Virus record (IMG/VR): IMGVR_UViG_3300000216_000003
Span: 1 to 64,000 of that record
DNA: 64,000 nt
DNA from: a virus
Reading direction: 5' to 3' (one strand)
Position 1 is the stretch's first letter, and the number at the start of each line of letters is the position of its first letter. The position numbers and the translations under genes were made by a program. Of the stretch, positions 46,485 to 55,318 are shown one piece after another. The notes beneath the pieces are model-generated. The model saw only the letters and a program-made list of their open reading frames with translations. It was not told the origin of the DNA and did no database searches.

Positions 46485-46744
46485 GAATTCTCCAATATTA
46501 GACGAGTAATTTTATCAATTGAAATACTCGGATTACCAGATTTAAGCCATTGTATCCATTGTTTCTTAGTCATAATATTACCGTGATTGTAATATATTTC
46601 GAATTTATTATTAGTAATCATAGCCGGGCCATCTTCTCGATGTAGTTCTCCTTTATCATCACACCAAATTAAACCACCATCTACAGTAGCGACACCTTGT
46701 ACATTACGACGACTATGTTTTATACTATCTTCATTAAATGTCAT
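46481..46744 (-). CDS. HREDGPA-repeat protein, C-tagged
   Basis: Ends ITRLILENS. Confidence 0.8.
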   Translation of the reverse strand: MTFNEDSIKHSRRNVQGVATVDGGLIWCDDKGELHREDGPAMITNNKFEIYYNHGNIMTKKQWIQWLKSGNPSISIDKITRLILENS

Positions 46745-47091
46745 GATTCCTCCAATATTAATCCAATTAATTCATTTCGCTCTTTTCTTGTTATATTTTT
46801 AATATTATCTAAAATATACCTAGCATCTTCTCCCCTCAATTCTGAAGTTTTTATATTTATAACAACTCCATTATCCCAAATATTTAATAATCCATGCATA
46901 ATATCTAATATTTTTCTAAAATCTAAATCATAATCATCAAACTCATTTGTAAAAATAGTTATATCCATATTACTAGAATACTTATTCTCATCTAAACATA
47001 CTCTAAATAATTCAGTTTCTAGTGTAATTTTGATCATTTTAGTAACATATGTAATAACTTTTTCTTCTGCCGCTTCTCGTCTCGATATCAC
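46741..47091 (-). CDS. Hypothetical protein, family G, C-tagged
   Basis: Ends ITRKERNELIGLILEES. Confidence 0.75.
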   Translation of the reverse strand: MISRREAAEEKVITYVTKMIKITLETELFRVCLDENKYSSNMDITIFTNEFDDYDLDFRKILDIMHGLLNIWDNGVVINIKTSELRGEDARYILDNIKNITRKERNELIGLILEES

Positions 47092-47450
47092 GATTGCTCC
47101 AATAGATGTCTTCTGAGTGAATTCTCTTCTTCTGAAGAAAGATTTTTACTTCTATTTAACATATCTCTAGTTTGACAATTATTCAATATATCTGCTCTAA
47201 CTGATATATTTATTATATCAGCACCGAAAAATACATCAGGGTCTAGAATATCCCTCCTAATTATATTATACCAATATTCTGATATATTAATATAGGATTC
47301 AAAATTCAAATCTTTAATCGGTAGATACCGGATAGAAATAGCCGTAATATTATAATCTGTTGTTGTAGTATATTTTACTATAAACAGATTAGATCCGATA
47401 GTCTTCTGAACTAGTTTTTTAACTTCTTTTATTAATTGATCAGTTGTCAC
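47088..47450 (-). CDS. Hypothetical protein, family G, C-tagged
   Basis: Ends LRRHLLEQS. Confidence 0.75.
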   Translation of the reverse strand: MTTDQLIKEVKKLVQKTIGSNLFIVKYTTTTDYNITAISIRYLPIKDLNFESYINISEYWYNIIRRDILDPDVFFGADIINISVRADILNNCQTRDMLNRSKNLSSEEENSLRRHLLEQS

Positions 47451-47815
47451 GATTGTTCCAATAGATGTCTATTTAACATATTAGTTTCTTTATTGGAAAG
47501 ATTTGGTATTATTCGGAATATATCCATTATTTGTTTTTTCTCTAATATATTAGTATTAATAATTAAATGCTTAATTTTATTATATGTTTTACTATCTCTA
47601 AACATATCTTCTATTTTATGTTTCAAATATTCATCAGTTGGAATAGTTCCAAGTAGAATATTACCTCTCATAATAGTAATAACTTCAGATTGTAGATACC
47701 ATATAGTTAAATACATAGTATTATTAATTCTAGAAGTATCTAATATGAAAAGTCGGTTGCCTAGTATATTTCGACATATAGTTCTTGTATTTCTAATTAT
47801 CTCTTTTTCAGTCAT
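47447..47815 (-). CDS. Hypothetical protein, family G, C-tagged
   Basis: Ends LNRHLLEQS. Confidence 0.75.
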   Translation of the reverse strand: MTEKEIIRNTRTICRNILGNRLFILDTSRINNTMYLTIWYLQSEVITIMRGNILLGTIPTDEYLKHKIEDMFRDSKTYNKIKHLIINTNILEKKQIMDIFRIIPNLSNKETNMLNRHLLEQS

Positions 47816-48372
47816 GATTGCTCCAATATCACTCTATTTAATCTAATCGTTTCTTTAACTGTAATAGAAGGGATAGTATCTAAAAGATGTAAAACTGCTG
47901 CTTTATTTAATTCTTCAAACACTATCTTTATTCTAATCCCTCTCATATCTCCAGTTTGAACAATTGCACCTCTCATAATTGGAATCTTCCATTTTACAGA
48001 GTTTTGCATCATTCTTCGTTGAATAAACATACGATTATTAGAAGTATTAGCTTCATGATCTACAAATATTCGAATATAACAATCAAATGGTTTAATACTG
48101 TTCCATTGTATTGTATGGTTATAATCGATTGCAAATAATCTATTTGGCAGTATCATTTTAGCTATCATAGTTACGTCATTTTTTATCTTATTTAATCTAC
48201 TTAATCTAGATCTATATACTAATTCACCAGTCTCTCTAGGAGATATAAAAGGGGGTGTTGATATACTACGAGGCATAGCCGGTATTGCGAATACGGGTAT
48301 TCCTGGTTCTATGATTGGATTTTCTTCATAAGACTTTATCCACATATCATGAAACGATTTTAAACTAAACAT
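47812..48372 (-). CDS. Hypothetical protein, family G, C-tagged
   Basis: Ends LNRVILEQS. Confidence 0.75.
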   Translation of the reverse strand: MFSLKSFHDMWIKSYEENPIIEPGIPVFAIPAMPRSISTPPFISPRETGELVYRSRLSRLNKIKNDVTMIAKMILPNRLFAIDYNHTIQWNSIKPFDCYIRIFVDHEANTSNNRMFIQRRMMQNSVKWKIPIMRGAIVQTGDMRGIRIKIVFEELNKAAVLHLLDTIPSITVKETIRLNRVILEQS

Positions 48373-48373
48373 T

Positions 48374-48721
48374 CTAAGAATCCTCCAATATTATACGAGT
48401 TAATATATTCTTTTCATAACTAGTAATATCATAAAGAGTATCAAGAAGAGATTGGGCTTCTTCCCTCCCCAATTTATTTATGGTTATATCTTCTACTCTT
48501 GCTCTTTTATCTGTTATTCCAGTATTTATTAATTGTTGTAGATTGTATAATAAAACAACTGATATTGAATCTTTATTTATATGAGATATTTTAATTTTTA
48601 CTTCATTATATTTTATACTTTTCTTTATCTTAAATAATCTAGTATTTGTCATTACTTCTATTATATAATACATACTATTCTTTATTGTATCTAAGTGAAC
48701 CCTTTTTTGAGAAGATATCAT
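48374..48721 (-). CDS. Hypothetical protein, family G, C-tagged
   Basis: Ends LTRIILEDS. Confidence 0.75.
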   Translation of the reverse strand: MISSQKRVHLDTIKNSMYYIIEVMTNTRLFKIKKSIKYNEVKIKISHINKDSISVVLLYNLQQLINTGITDKRARVEDITINKLGREEAQSLLDTLYDITSYEKNILTRIILEDS

Positions 48722-48990
48722 ATATTTTCCAGTAATGCTTTAGTAATTATATTTAACGGCAACTTTGAATGTTTTTTAATCCAATTTCTCCAATCTTCTT
48801 TACTAAGACTCCTCCCATGTATGTAAAATAGATCATCCTTATTAATATTTCCTCTTATAATAGCAGGGCCTTCTTCTCTATGTAATTTCTTATCTTTTCT
48901 GTAATAACAATTACCAAAAGGATCAATATATTGTATATCTAGTGTTATCCTTGCTATCTCAGTTATTACTGTAATATCATCCCGATCCAT
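48718..48990 (-). CDS. HREEGPA protein, C-tagged
   Basis: Ends ITKALLENI; promoter copy at 49025-49036. Confidence 0.75.
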   Translation of the reverse strand: MDRDDITVITEIARITLDIQYIDPFGNCYYRKDKKLHREEGPAIIRGNINKDDLFYIHGRSLSKEDWRNWIKKHSKLPLNIITKALLENI

Positions 48991-49052
48991 ATTAACCCCT
49001 ATATATAGAATGTGAATATATTGTATTATATCTATATAAGACGAAATAAAAA

Positions 49053-49079
49053 GTGGTGAGACCTTGATGATCTCACCAC
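49053..49079 (-). terminator. Intrinsic terminator
   Basis: GTGGTGAGA / TCTCACCAC stem with a T tract on minus. Confidence 0.7.
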
Positions 49080-49085
49080 GGTAAA

Positions 49086-49331
49086 CTAACCGATAACGAC
49101 TAGTTTTAGTTGTGTATTTTTTGGAGTTGAAGTCATATCAAGAGTAATCTCAATACTATCTTCAGTAATAGTATCGATACCCCAATCAAAAGCTTCTTTC
49201 CATAATTCTGTTTCTTTATATCTATAATAGACAAAACAAACAACATCTGTTGTATTTAATTCATGATATAATGTATGTTGAGTTTTATCACAAACCCATT
49301 CAAATACTTCCTTCTTTACACAACCGCTCAA
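49086..49331 (-). CDS. Hypothetical protein
   Basis: Coupled ORF. Confidence 0.6.
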   Translation of the reverse strand: MSGCVKKEVFEWVCDKTQHTLYHELNTTDVVCFVYYRYKETELWKEAFDWGIDTITEDSIEITLDMTSTPKNTQLKLVVIG

Positions 49332-49729
49332 GCGACACGCATCAATAGACGATCGCTAAGGACTTTAGCGATACCTGAATTAGTTTCTGCTAACTCAGTG
49401 TCTGATAAATATGGTAGAAGTTCAATAAAATTAGAACCAATACGAGTAAAGGTAACTGAGTGTTTCGAACTGTAGAAATCTACAGAGGATACCATATAAC
49501 CAGAGCTCAACCACATTAGAGTATGGTAATGATGATATTTTCCAGGAGCATCTTTATCTGGATGTGGATCATTAGACCAGAATAATGCGTTCATATGATC
49601 AGTAGCGCTCTTAGGCAATGTAAATCCTAGAATATTCTCTAGTTCTTCCATTGATAATTTAACACGCTGTGTAGTCTTTTCAGAAAGGTAAGTATGTAAT
49701 GGTTTGTATTTTGATTTAACCTTCGTCAT
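49328..49729 (-). CDS. Putative DNA-binding protein (KY.PL..YL..LS..E.E.ILG..LP.SA..WSN family)
   Basis: Motif shared with the N-terminus of 50009. Confidence 0.65.
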   Translation of the reverse strand: MTKVKSKYKPLHTYLSEKTTQRVKLSMEELENILGFTLPKSATDHMNALFWSNDPHPDKDAPGKYHHYHTLMWLSSGYMVSSVDFYSSKHSVTFTRIGSNFIELLPYLSDTELAETNSGIAKVLSDRLLMRVA

Positions 49730-49976
49730 CTGATAAGTCTCCTTGGGGTTGTGGTGTATCTCTAGAACAATAACGCTCTAGAAGTAGTGGTTCTTTGTTA
49801 AATAATCCAAGTATACATGATACTTCGTTAATAGGTCTGTTTGAATTAAGTGCTTCTTTTTTAATATTTTCTATTTGTTGTAATTTTTGTTCTTCATGCT
49901 TATATCTAAGAACATCTTCAGATGTATCACTTTTATACATAAATATTATCATAACTATAATAGTTAGTGCAACCAT
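49716..49976 (-). CDS. Membrane-anchored hypothetical protein
   Basis: N-terminal hydrophobic helix. Confidence 0.55.
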   Translation of the reverse strand: MVALTIIVMIIFMYKSDTSEDVLRYKHEEQKLQQIENIKKEALNSNRPINEVSCILGLFNKEPLLLERYCSRDTPQPQGDLSDDEG

Positions 49977-50008
49977 TATACCTAATATAATATCACTCCA
50001 ATTGATAT

Positions 50009-50767
50009 TTATAATGTTCTCGCAATATGTGTAATCAAGGATACTTTCTCTTCTTTATTTAAAGCATCAATCCCATTAATAATAATATCATATACTTGCC
50101 CTGGTGCATATTGAGCTTCTTGCTCATGTGTTACTACTTCTTGTTCGTGAATAATTGGATTAATATAGTTATTGTAATCTGCTAATTGTTCATCACGAGG
50201 CAAAAGACATTCATGTTTATCAAGATAGTCGAATAGATATTTCTTAAACTTCAATGCTTCATGTTCTGCTGCTTCAATAGTTCCACAAGAATGTATAGAG
50301 AAGAATTTACATAGATCAACACCTGGATTATAATTAATATTCCACCGAACACCAAAATTTTTACCACTTGAAGGTTTTTCTAAAACATCAGGTCGGCCTT
50401 TAACTGTACAACCATTAATCCATGCTGATGGGCGATTACTTTTTTGTTTAGGTGTATCGTAATGTGATCCCCTTTTAATAATGTCAACATTTATAATAGT
50501 TTCTTCTTTGGTTCTATCTTTATTAGTATTAGGAAATATATCTTTGGGAGTTCGTACTTTATACCCCATACTGAATAAAGTAATAGACATACGTTGATCT
50601 TCTATTGTCCACCAGCGATTATGTCTTCTGGCTGAGGGCGGTAGAGATTGTCCAGTAAATCGTTCAAGAGTATTTAAAGATAGTGATGTTTTATCTTTTG
50701 AAAAATCATTAGTAATAACTTCAATATATTCTTTTAATAATGGATCACTATAATTAAAATCTGGCAT
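50009..50767 (-). CDS. Putative DNA-binding protein (LP.SA..WW domain plus AP2-like domain)
   Basis: LPPSARRHNRWW; KFFSIHSCGTIEAAEHEALKFK. Confidence 0.6.
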   Translation of the reverse strand: MPDFNYSDPLLKEYIEVITNDFSKDKTSLSLNTLERFTGQSLPPSARRHNRWWTIEDQRMSITLFSMGYKVRTPKDIFPNTNKDRTKEETIINVDIIKRGSHYDTPKQKSNRPSAWINGCTVKGRPDVLEKPSSGKNFGVRWNINYNPGVDLCKFFSIHSCGTIEAAEHEALKFKKYLFDYLDKHECLLPRDEQLADYNNYINPIIHEQEVVTHEQEAQYAPGQVYDIIINGIDALNKEEKVSLITHIARTL

Positions 50768-50837
50768 TTAAAAATTTCCTATTAAATTAAAACAGACGCA
50801 ATCGCTAGTATAAGCCGACTGCGCCGTTAGTGGGAAG

Positions 50838-51332
50838 TTAAGGTCTTCTGCAGACCTTTTTACGGCCAGGCCATTGTTTTTTAGAACAGTCTTGACCAAG
50901 TTTTTGTAATTTTTGTATTACTTCGCCTATTGGGTTATTATATGGAAAGAAGCTACCATCATGCATATTCATATTCAATTCATAATGTATAATAGTACAT
51001 ACTCCAATTCCTTTATCTCCAACTGGAAGTTTAGCAACAAAATGAATATCTTCTTCTCCAGTTAAAATCATTAAACCATGGCGCAATCGAGATAAGACAA
51101 TATTCATTTGCTTATCAGAATTAGTTCGACCAATATAGATGGGTGCTCCGGGTTTAATATTTTCTGGGTTCTCTCCAGCCTTTTTACAGAGTGCGGCAAT
51201 ATAAACTTGATCTTGTTTTTCAATTGGACGGGAATCTGATTTTGAATTTTTCATTGCTACATCTAATACTTTATCAATAGAAAGCAAATTCACAGTTATA
51301 ATCCCTAATAAGTTTGAAATGTTGAAATCCAT
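50838..51332 (-). CDS. Hypothetical protein
   Basis: ORF; true start probably MKNSKS; hairpin downstream at about 50785-50830. Confidence 0.6.
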   Translation of the reverse strand: MDFNISNLLGIITVNLLSIDKVLDVAMKNSKSDSRPIEKQDQVYIAALCKKAGENPENIKPGAPIYIGRTNSDKQMNIVLSRLRHGLMILTGEEDIHFVAKLPVGDKGIGVCTIIHYELNMNMHDGSFFPYNNPIGEVIQKLQKLGQDCSKKQWPGRKKVCRRP

Positions 51333-52789
51333 TTATCATTAAATGGTGAGATTTGATTATCTTCTTGACTATAACTATCTTTAGCCATTGTCATATTTAC
51401 AGCATCAATATACATACTAAAACAACCTTCTTTTGTCTCAAATAATTTTTCATCAATTCCAATATGCAATAATTCTTTTTCATATTTACGGGCAAGACCA
51501 GTATCGATACCAATCTCAATATCTTTAATTTTATCACCGGCTAATTTAAGAGTTAAACCAATTAGCCAATTATTATAATAATTAGGATCAAAAGATTCTC
51601 CTCTACCAACAGGTTTAAAGTCGAGTAAAGTAATTCTTGCATTTGATAATCCTTGCATATGTGTAATTATATCATAAAAATCATGAATAGAGCTACTTCC
51701 CATTACATATTGAAAATTAAATTTATAATATTGCGGAGCATCTTTAGTAGTGTTTAATATATCTTCAGAATTAGAGATACTAACTGCATAATTAGCTCCT
51801 AATTCATCTAATTGTTTTGAATTCTTACGAACATATTCAATATTACGAGTAGTGAAATTAGGAATAATGTCTTGTTTCCGAAACTGTTCAAGAATCTGTA
51901 TAAAGTCTGGATGTGTTGTTGGTTCACCTCCTCCAATAGCTACTTCAAAAATATTGGCATCTCCAAGTGTTTTAATAATATGAGACATATTATCCAAAGT
52001 AGCATGTTTTCCTTTAGTAGAACTACCTTGATAACAAAAACTACAACCAGTTTCACAATAGTCTGTAATCTTTACATCTACTAGTTCAGGAGTTGTCGAT
52101 TTGATATAATCAGGGTGTGAACCATTTAATGTAAACCGTATCTTAGTTCCATTACTTTGATTAAATACAGCCCAATATCCTTTATCTTTTCTTGCTATTA
52201 CTTTTAATTTAGCAGCCCCATATGGAACATATTGTTGAATAGCATCTAAAGCATTAGGAGTTTTATACTCATCAGTAACATATTCTTCTTTATCTTCATC
52301 ATAGTATTCAGAATATGTGTCTGCGCTTAAATAATGACCATCCCCATTATCATTTCCACCAAGAATAACAATTTGATCATTATTCCCAATATATGCAATA
52401 ACATCATCTAAAAAATTAGAGTTTGGTTTATTATCCCTATGTGAATATGGAAATGTAAAACTAGACTGATGATCAACATAAGAGGGCTTAAAACCTTCTA
52501 CTTCACCTTCATCACCTTCAATATACTGTTTAGCACATTCTTTACCAACACGACGAAAAGTATCTTTTAATGCTCGTCGTTCAAGAGAGTTCTCTTCTGT
52601 TTGTCCTATAATTAAAGATAACATATAATGTTGTTTTGCTATTGGTGAAACTAATGTAAAATCATTCCAACCATATTGACCAACATCACTATCTCCAATA
52701 TCATCAGAGAAAGTATCTTTCTTAAAAACAATTGAGTGACTACTGCTACTATTTGTAGCAAATCCATATCGAATACTAGAAACTTTCAT
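51305..52789 (-). CDS. Radical SAM protein with an N-terminal GFATNSSSSHS domain
   Basis: PELVDVKITDYCETGCSFCYQ (CxxxCxxC), GGGEP, NFTT, KPVGRG, SMYIDAV. Confidence 0.88.
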   Translation of the reverse strand: MKVSSIRYGFATNSSSSHSIVFKKDTFSDDIGDSDVGQYGWNDFTLVSPIAKQHYMLSLIIGQTEENSLERRALKDTFRRVGKECAKQYIEGDEGEVEGFKPSYVDHQSSFTFPYSHRDNKPNSNFLDDVIAYIGNNDQIVILGGNDNGDGHYLSADTYSEYYDEDKEEYVTDEYKTPNALDAIQQYVPYGAAKLKVIARKDKGYWAVFNQSNGTKIRFTLNGSHPDYIKSTTPELVDVKITDYCETGCSFCYQGSSTKGKHATLDNMSHIIKTLGDANIFEVAIGGGEPTTHPDFIQILEQFRKQDIIPNFTTRNIEYVRKNSKQLDELGANYAVSISNSEDILNTTKDAPQYYKFNFQYVMGSSSIHDFYDIITHMQGLSNARITLLDFKPVGRGESFDPNYYNNWLIGLTLKLAGDKIKDIEIGIDTGLARKYEKELLHIGIDEKLFETKEGCFSMYIDAVNMTMAKDSYSQEDNQISPFNDKWISTFQTY

Positions 52790-53207
52790 CTATATCTACC
52801 TCTATAGTTTTAACTTTCTCAAGTTGATGTGTTGAATTAAATACATCATCAACTGGAATAGAAACCTTTTTCTCCCCAGTCATAAATTCCCCAGTCTTCT
52901 TATTTCTATATAAGGTAACATGAAAAGAATTAGATGTAATATTTACTAAATTTAATTCAGGATTGCCTTCTTTATGTTCTCCATCTAATGACCACTGATG
53001 TAGTGCAGTACCATCATCAATAGAATCTGTTATATATCCTATTAATGGATACCCAAGTTTACCTTGAGTAGATATAATATCTGCTGTATATTCTCCATTA
53101 GCTGTCATCATTGGATCTTTTAGTCTTAATAATCGTTTTGAAGCAGATGGTAATCCATTTAACTTTGGTTGTGTAATTGGAGTATCACTCATTTTGAATA
53201 CCTTCAA
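52776..53207 (-). CDS. Hypothetical protein
   Basis: YPLIGYI..HQWSLDG; paralogue of 53185. Confidence 0.65.
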   Translation of the reverse strand: MKVFKMSDTPITQPKLNGLPSASKRLLRLKDPMMTANGEYTADIISTQGKLGYPLIGYITDSIDDGTALHQWSLDGEHKEGNPELNLVNITSNSFHVTLYRNKKTGEFMTGEKKVSIPVDDVFNSTHQLEKVKTIEVDIDESF

Positions 53208-53397
53208 ATATTGGTTCTATAATTGAATAATCTTCTACATTATAAACACTATTACCATCATCATCCCAAGCATGTAACTTATTATTATCTTCAATATAAC
53301 CAATATGTCTGAAAGGATGTCTTCCTTTCTTTGTAATATAGTGGATCCAAGATCCAGTTTTTGTTTTAAGTAAAGAAGGGTTACTCCAGTCGATCAT
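53185..53397 (-). CDS. Hypothetical protein
   Basis: True start MIDWSNP at 53397, after the promoter at 53429; HIGYI..HAWDDDG. Confidence 0.65.
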   Translation of the reverse strand: MIDWSNPSLLKTKTGSWIHYITKKGRHPFRHIGYIEDNNKLHAWDDDGNSVYNVEDYSIIEPIFEGIQNE

Positions 53398-53428
53398 TAT
53401 TAGTACTCCAATAAGTAAATTATATTCT

Positions 53429-53482
53429 ATTATATCTATATGAGATAATTGAAAGCTTGAATCAAAAATATATAGATATAAT
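53429..53482. promoter_or_regulatory. Back-to-back divergent promoters
   Basis: Minus copy 53429-53440 and plus copy 53471-53482 of TATAGATATAAT. Confidence 0.72.
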
Positions 53483-53537
53483 ATATTAGAATCTAATATT
53501 TTTAGATTTTTCATTTTACCTTTAAGGAGCCTAACCT

Positions 53538-53888
53538 ATGTCTGAAGAAAATACACCTACCCACGAAGCACAGTCTGATACTCAAACAGAGCCCACAGAA
53601 GAACAAAAACAATTATTTATGCAGAAGATGCAAATGAAAGCTCAACAAGAAGCTTTACTAAAACATCAAATTGTTCAGTCTGCGTCTACAATTTTAGCTG
53701 GCATTTTTTCAAATACAACATCAAGTGTCGGTGGAATTAATAGTGATCCAACTAAGAATCTAGCTATTCGCAATAAGAGACTAGAAAAAGTCGGAGTTGC
53801 CGTAGATACTGCTATTACACTTATTTCTTATGTTAATGGTCTTGATCTTGATAAAGATGTCAAGAAGATGGGCCAAGAAAAGAAATAA
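53538..53888 (+). CDS. Hypothetical Q/E-rich protein, monocistronic
   Basis: SD AAGGAG; own promoter and terminator. Confidence 0.75.
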   Translation: MSEENTPTHEAQSDTQTEPTEEQKQLFMQKMQMKAQQEALLKHQIVQSASTILAGIFSNTTSSVGGINSDPTKNLAIRNKRLEKVGVAVDTAITLISYVNGLDLDKDVKKMGQEKK

Positions 53889-53906
53889 AATATATTTTTA
53901 TTTTAC

Positions 53907-53953
53907 AAGTAATAACTCAGGTTACTATCTCGAGTAAACCTGAGTTATTACTT
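53907..53953. terminator. Perfect 17-bp inverted repeat
   Basis: AAGTAATAACTCAGGTT-N13-AACCTGAGTTATTACTT. Confidence 0.75.
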
Positions 53954-53954
53954 C

Positions 53955-54125
53955 ATTTCATGGACAACTCTACCCCCATGAAATACTACCATAATTTTAA
54001 GCATTATCTTTATAATAGAGACAATGCTGCCGTAAGTTAACATGGGTAAAGTTAAAACTCACACCAGTATAATACTTAAACTATAGCGGGCCACCGACTT
54101 ATAGAGTATAGTGGCGGTAGCTTGA
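53955..54125 (-). ncRNA. Candidate structured ncRNA
   Basis: Promoter 54132-54143, nested hairpins, ends at the 17-bp inverted repeat; no ORF with an SD. Confidence 0.45.
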
Positions 54126-54173
54126 TATTATATTATATCTATATCAAATCCTTTAAAAAATAAAGGACGTTTT

Positions 54174-54383
54174 TTACGCCCAGTACAGTTTATTATATCT
54201 AATTACATTTTCTGTTGGATCTCCAATCATTTCTATAGCATAAGGAGAACGTCTGCAAATAGCATATGCATTCTCTTCGATTGGGGTATCTCTAAATTTT
54301 ATTAATATATTTACCCAAATATTATCCCAATATCTCCAAGACTTATTATCTAATAATAATGTATATGCATAGGATAATCTCAT
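54174..54383 (-). CDS. Small protein, family H (YxKLxW tag)
   Basis: Ends PTENVIRYNKLYWA. Confidence 0.75.
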   Translation of the reverse strand: MRLSYAYTLLLDNKSWRYWDNIWVNILIKFRDTPIEENAYAICRRSPYAIEMIGDPTENVIRYNKLYWA

Positions 54384-54385
54384 TT

Positions 54386-54595
54386 TTAACTCCAATATAA
54401 TTTATTATAGTTTTCGACTGCTGTTGTTGGATTCTTAATTACTTCTATAGTATGGTCTGCTACTCTACATATTTTATATGCATTCTCTTCAGTTGGTGTT
54501 TTCTCAAATTCTAATAGTAATAATTTCCATTTAATATCCCAAGAAGTATGTGGTGGTTCTTTTAACATTTGAACAAATTTATCAGATAATTCCAC
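54386..54595 (-). CDS. Small protein, family H
   Basis: Ends PTTAVENYNKLYWS; probable GTG start. Confidence 0.72.
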   Translation of the reverse strand: MELSDKFVQMLKEPPHTSWDIKWKLLLLEFEKTPTEENAYKICRVADHTIEVIKNPTTAVENYNKLYWS

Positions 54596-54597
54596 TA

Positions 54598-54810
54598 TTA
54601 ACTCCAATATAATTTATTATAAGTTTCGACTGCTGGTGTTGGATCTTTAATATTATTAATAGATTTAGGAAAAAATTTACAAACAATACATGCATTCTCT
54701 TCACTTGGTTTTCTGTGAAAATTCAATAAAGCTTGTTTATACCCCCTATTATTTCTTTTCTTCCTCCATTTTTTATTTATAATCTTAATAGATTCTTCGG
54801 ATAATTTCAT
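54598..54810 (-). CDS. Small protein, family H
   Basis: Ends PTPAVETYNKLYWS. Confidence 0.75.
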   Translation of the reverse strand: MKLSEESIKIINKKWRKKRNNRGYKQALLNFHRKPSEENACIVCKFFPKSINNIKDPTPAVETYNKLYWS

Positions 54811-55079
54811 TAAGACCACCACATCTTATGATATGTTATGACTGTTTCTGGGACATCTTTACAATACTTCAATATATCTGGATATACTTGTATTAATTTA
54901 TTTATATCAGAAATTGATATATCTTCATACTTATATGATTCTTTATTCTTAAACCATTCATAATAACCATGTGAATTTAACATAATATGTAGAGATGCTG
55001 TTAGTCTATTTTGACTATCGGGGATATAATCAACAGGACATTCAATAGTCGCTTTTTTTACCGTTGTATTTATTTGCAT
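54810..55079 (-). CDS. Small protein, family H
   Basis: Start MQINTT at 55079; ends PETVITYHKMWWS. Confidence 0.72.
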   Translation of the reverse strand: MQINTTVKKATIECPVDYIPDSQNRLTASLHIMLNSHGYYEWFKNKESYKYEDISISDINKLIQVYPDILKYCKDVPETVITYHKMWWS

Positions 55080-55318
55080 TATACCTCCTGTAGTTTTATA
55101 TATGTCTTTAGTTCTTGAGTAGGGTTTATAACCCAAGCATAGAATGTGTTGCTCCATGTTTGTTGTTCTGAATGTCTTTGTCTAAACATATGATATATAT
55201 TTATAGCGTTTTCGAACGTTGGATCGGCTGCCATCTTAAAGAATCCGTCTCGCCATTCAATTTCATCTGGAGTGGTAGAGTGCCAGGATTGAGTAATTAT
55301 GTCTTCTCGTAAGTGCAT
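55079..55318 (-). CDS. Small protein, family H2
   Basis: PTFENAINIY; ends PTQELKTYIKLQEV. Confidence 0.75.
   Translation of the reverse strand: MHLREDIITQSWHSTTPDEIEWRDGFFKMAADPTFENAINIYHMFRQRHSEQQTWSNTFYAWVINPTQELKTYIKLQEV

Noticed and set aside
657-48990. C-terminal LEES-type endings explained purely by an overlapping Shine-Dalgarno sequence
   Set aside because: SD overlap probably contributes to the L-E codons, but the motif extends to position -9 and persists in operon-terminal genes (3339, 15375, 34253, 45183). Coupled core genes also lack it.
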